Origin: Naegleria gruberi
Taxonomy: Eukaryota
Strand: one strand, 5' to 3'
Assembly: GCA_000004985.1 (NCBI GenBank)
Contig: GG739094.1
DNA length: 8,049 nucleotides
Shown in pieces: positions 7,045-8,049 of this stretch (position 1 is the stretch's first letter; each line of letters begins with the position of its first letter). The position numbers and the translations under genes are program-made. A model generated the notes under the pieces. That model saw nothing but the letters and a program-made list of their open reading frames with translations, searched no databases and was not told the DNA's origin.

Positions 7045-8049
7045 ATGGTACCACCAAGAAGCCGTCCATTAGAATCAATATTAACAAGACGAACAAGACG
7101 TTCCACTTGTGAGGCTTTGGAGGCAAATTATGTTAGACCAAACAATAATGCTTACTTCACGGACCAGTATGAGAAAGTTCCGTATGTAGTTAGGTCTGAA
7201 GTAGACACACAAATGTTGAATTGTTGGTTTACTGTTTTCTTTCCTTACTTGCTTTCTCTGTTTTGTAGTACATACACATTTAACCAATTGTTATTAATGT
7301 GGTTGACTAATACAAGACTTGGAAGGTCATTATTGAATCAAGCAATTAATTCAGTAGAAGACAAACATCTCAAAAAGCATTCACAATTAGGTTATACAAT
7401 CAGCAAACGAGCCAAAACAAGGATATCGGTTGTTGCAATGGGTACATCTTGGATTAGGACAGGTATATCTATTGGAAAATATATCAAATTCAAGAAATTC
7501 ATCCATCCATACGATCCAAAAAAAGCTATTCCAAGTGGAGACGACATTAAGGGTTTCTCAGGGAGTATCAGGACTTGGTTAACAAAAACAGCTCCTTTTA
7601 AAATAATTTCAGATACCACCAAATCATATTACACTATTTCTAATGGGGTTGCATTTTTGATGGATGCTGTTAGAGTGTTTGTTAAAGAGAACTTGATAGA
7701 AAATGCGAGCATATTTCTAAAGTATTCTTGGGATTCAAGAATTGCTGTTCAATCAACGCCTACTGTATTGACGGTTTCATTAGCAGGTAATAATATTTCA
7801 ATTGAAAATTGTATTACATTATCTGCTTTCAAAACAAATGAGAAAGTTGCACTTCAACATACAGGAGCATGGAAATGCATGCAAGAAATGTTACGAATGT
7901 CATCTATGCATTTTGAAAATAAGTTATATTCTGTTACTCACATTGTTTCACCTGATTTGTGTGCATTAAGGGCGTCTGTGAATTTACATGAAGTACAGCA
8001 ACCAGTAGAAAGGTGTGGATGTATCAACAAGCTGCATTGGTTTGAAATA
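7045..8049 (+). CDS. Hypothetical protein, 5'-complete and 3'-truncated by the window end. 335 codons are visible: MVPPRSRPLESILTRRTRRSTCEALEANYVRPNNNAYFTDQYEKVPYVVRSEVDTQMLNCWFTVFFPYLLSLFCSTYTFNQLLLMWLTNTRLGRSLLNQAINSVEDKHLKKHSQLGYTISKRAKTRISVVAMGTSWIRTGISIGKYIKFKKFIHPYDPKKAIPSGDDIKGFSGSIRTW...NKLHWFEI.
   Basis: Hand translation of + frame 1. The in-frame TAG at 7039-7041 is followed by the ATG at 7045, and no stop follows through 8049. It has a basic, Arg-rich N-terminus and one predicted TM helix at about aa 58-80 (nt ~7216-7284). Codon usage is non-optimal (aca, agg, ata, cga), as expected for a low-expression yeast gene. Alternative starts are at 7213 and 7297. A possible intron is described in the findings. 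The ORF is absent from the supplied track because it runs off the window. Confidence 0.55.
   Translation, partial: MVPPRSRPLESILTRRTRRSTCEALEANYVRPNNNAYFTDQYEKVPYVVRSEVDTQMLNCWFTVFFPYLLSLFCSTYTFNQLLLMWLTNTRLGRSLLNQAINSVEDKHLKKHSQLGYTISKRAKTRISVVAMGTSWIRTGISIGKYIKFKKFIHPYDPKKAIPSGDDIKGFSGSIRTWLTKTAPFKIISDTTKSYYTISNGVAFLMDAVRVFVKENLIENASIFLKYSWDSRIAVQSTPTVLTVSLAGNNISIENCITLSAFKTNEKVALQHTGAWKCMQEMLRMSSMHFENKLYSVTHIVSPDLCALRASVNLHEVQQPVERCGCINKLHWFEI

Noticed and set aside
7081-7622. Small minus-strand ORFs at 7081..7287 and 7392..7622.
   Set aside because: They are antisense to the much longer, continuous + strand ORF at 7045-8049, and are chance open frames in AT-rich sequence.

Overview
Only about 2.8 kb of this window is real sequence: positions 1-1675 and 6921-8049. 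Positions 1676-6920 are a run of 5245 N, so the four very long ORFs in the supplied track that cross it are artefacts, because N translates to X and never gives a stop. The visible DNA looks like an AT-rich ascomycete yeast nuclear locus. Stops are standard TAA/TGA and intergenic regions carry poly(dA:dT) tracts. The one fully readable highly biased gene uses yeast-optimal codons (ggt, cca, ttg, caa, acc/act, gct, tgt, aga), while CTG is rare elsewhere. I could support three protein-coding genes, all truncated by a window edge or by the gap. (A) On the minus strand at 1-904 there is a 301-codon open frame starting at the ATG at 904-902. It has a hydrophobic segment near each end and five N-x-S/T sequons between them, so I call it a hypothetical membrane glycoprotein. 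(B) On the minus strand at 1201-1675 is the C-terminal 157 codons of a protein whose remainder lies in the N-run. It has a cysteine-rich ectodomain with C-x2-C-x2-G-x-Y modules, a 29-residue transmembrane helix, a 14-residue tail and a TAA stop at 1203-1201, and its codon usage is strongly optimal. (C) On the plus strand at 7045-8049 there is a 335-codon open frame running off the window end, with an Arg-rich N-terminus followed by one predicted transmembrane helix. Two ORFs not in the supplied track (A and C) were found by hand translation; the track apparently omits ORFs that run off the window. Smaller signals include a perfect 14-bp palindrome, a 9-bp tandem duplication, T9 and A9 tracts, a 10-bp GC-rich direct repeat just upstream of gene C, and a yeast-like 5' splice-site hexamer (GTATGT) inside gene C. 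Most of what may be unusual here, the bulk of the large cysteine-rich membrane protein gene, is hidden in the N-run and cannot be assessed.
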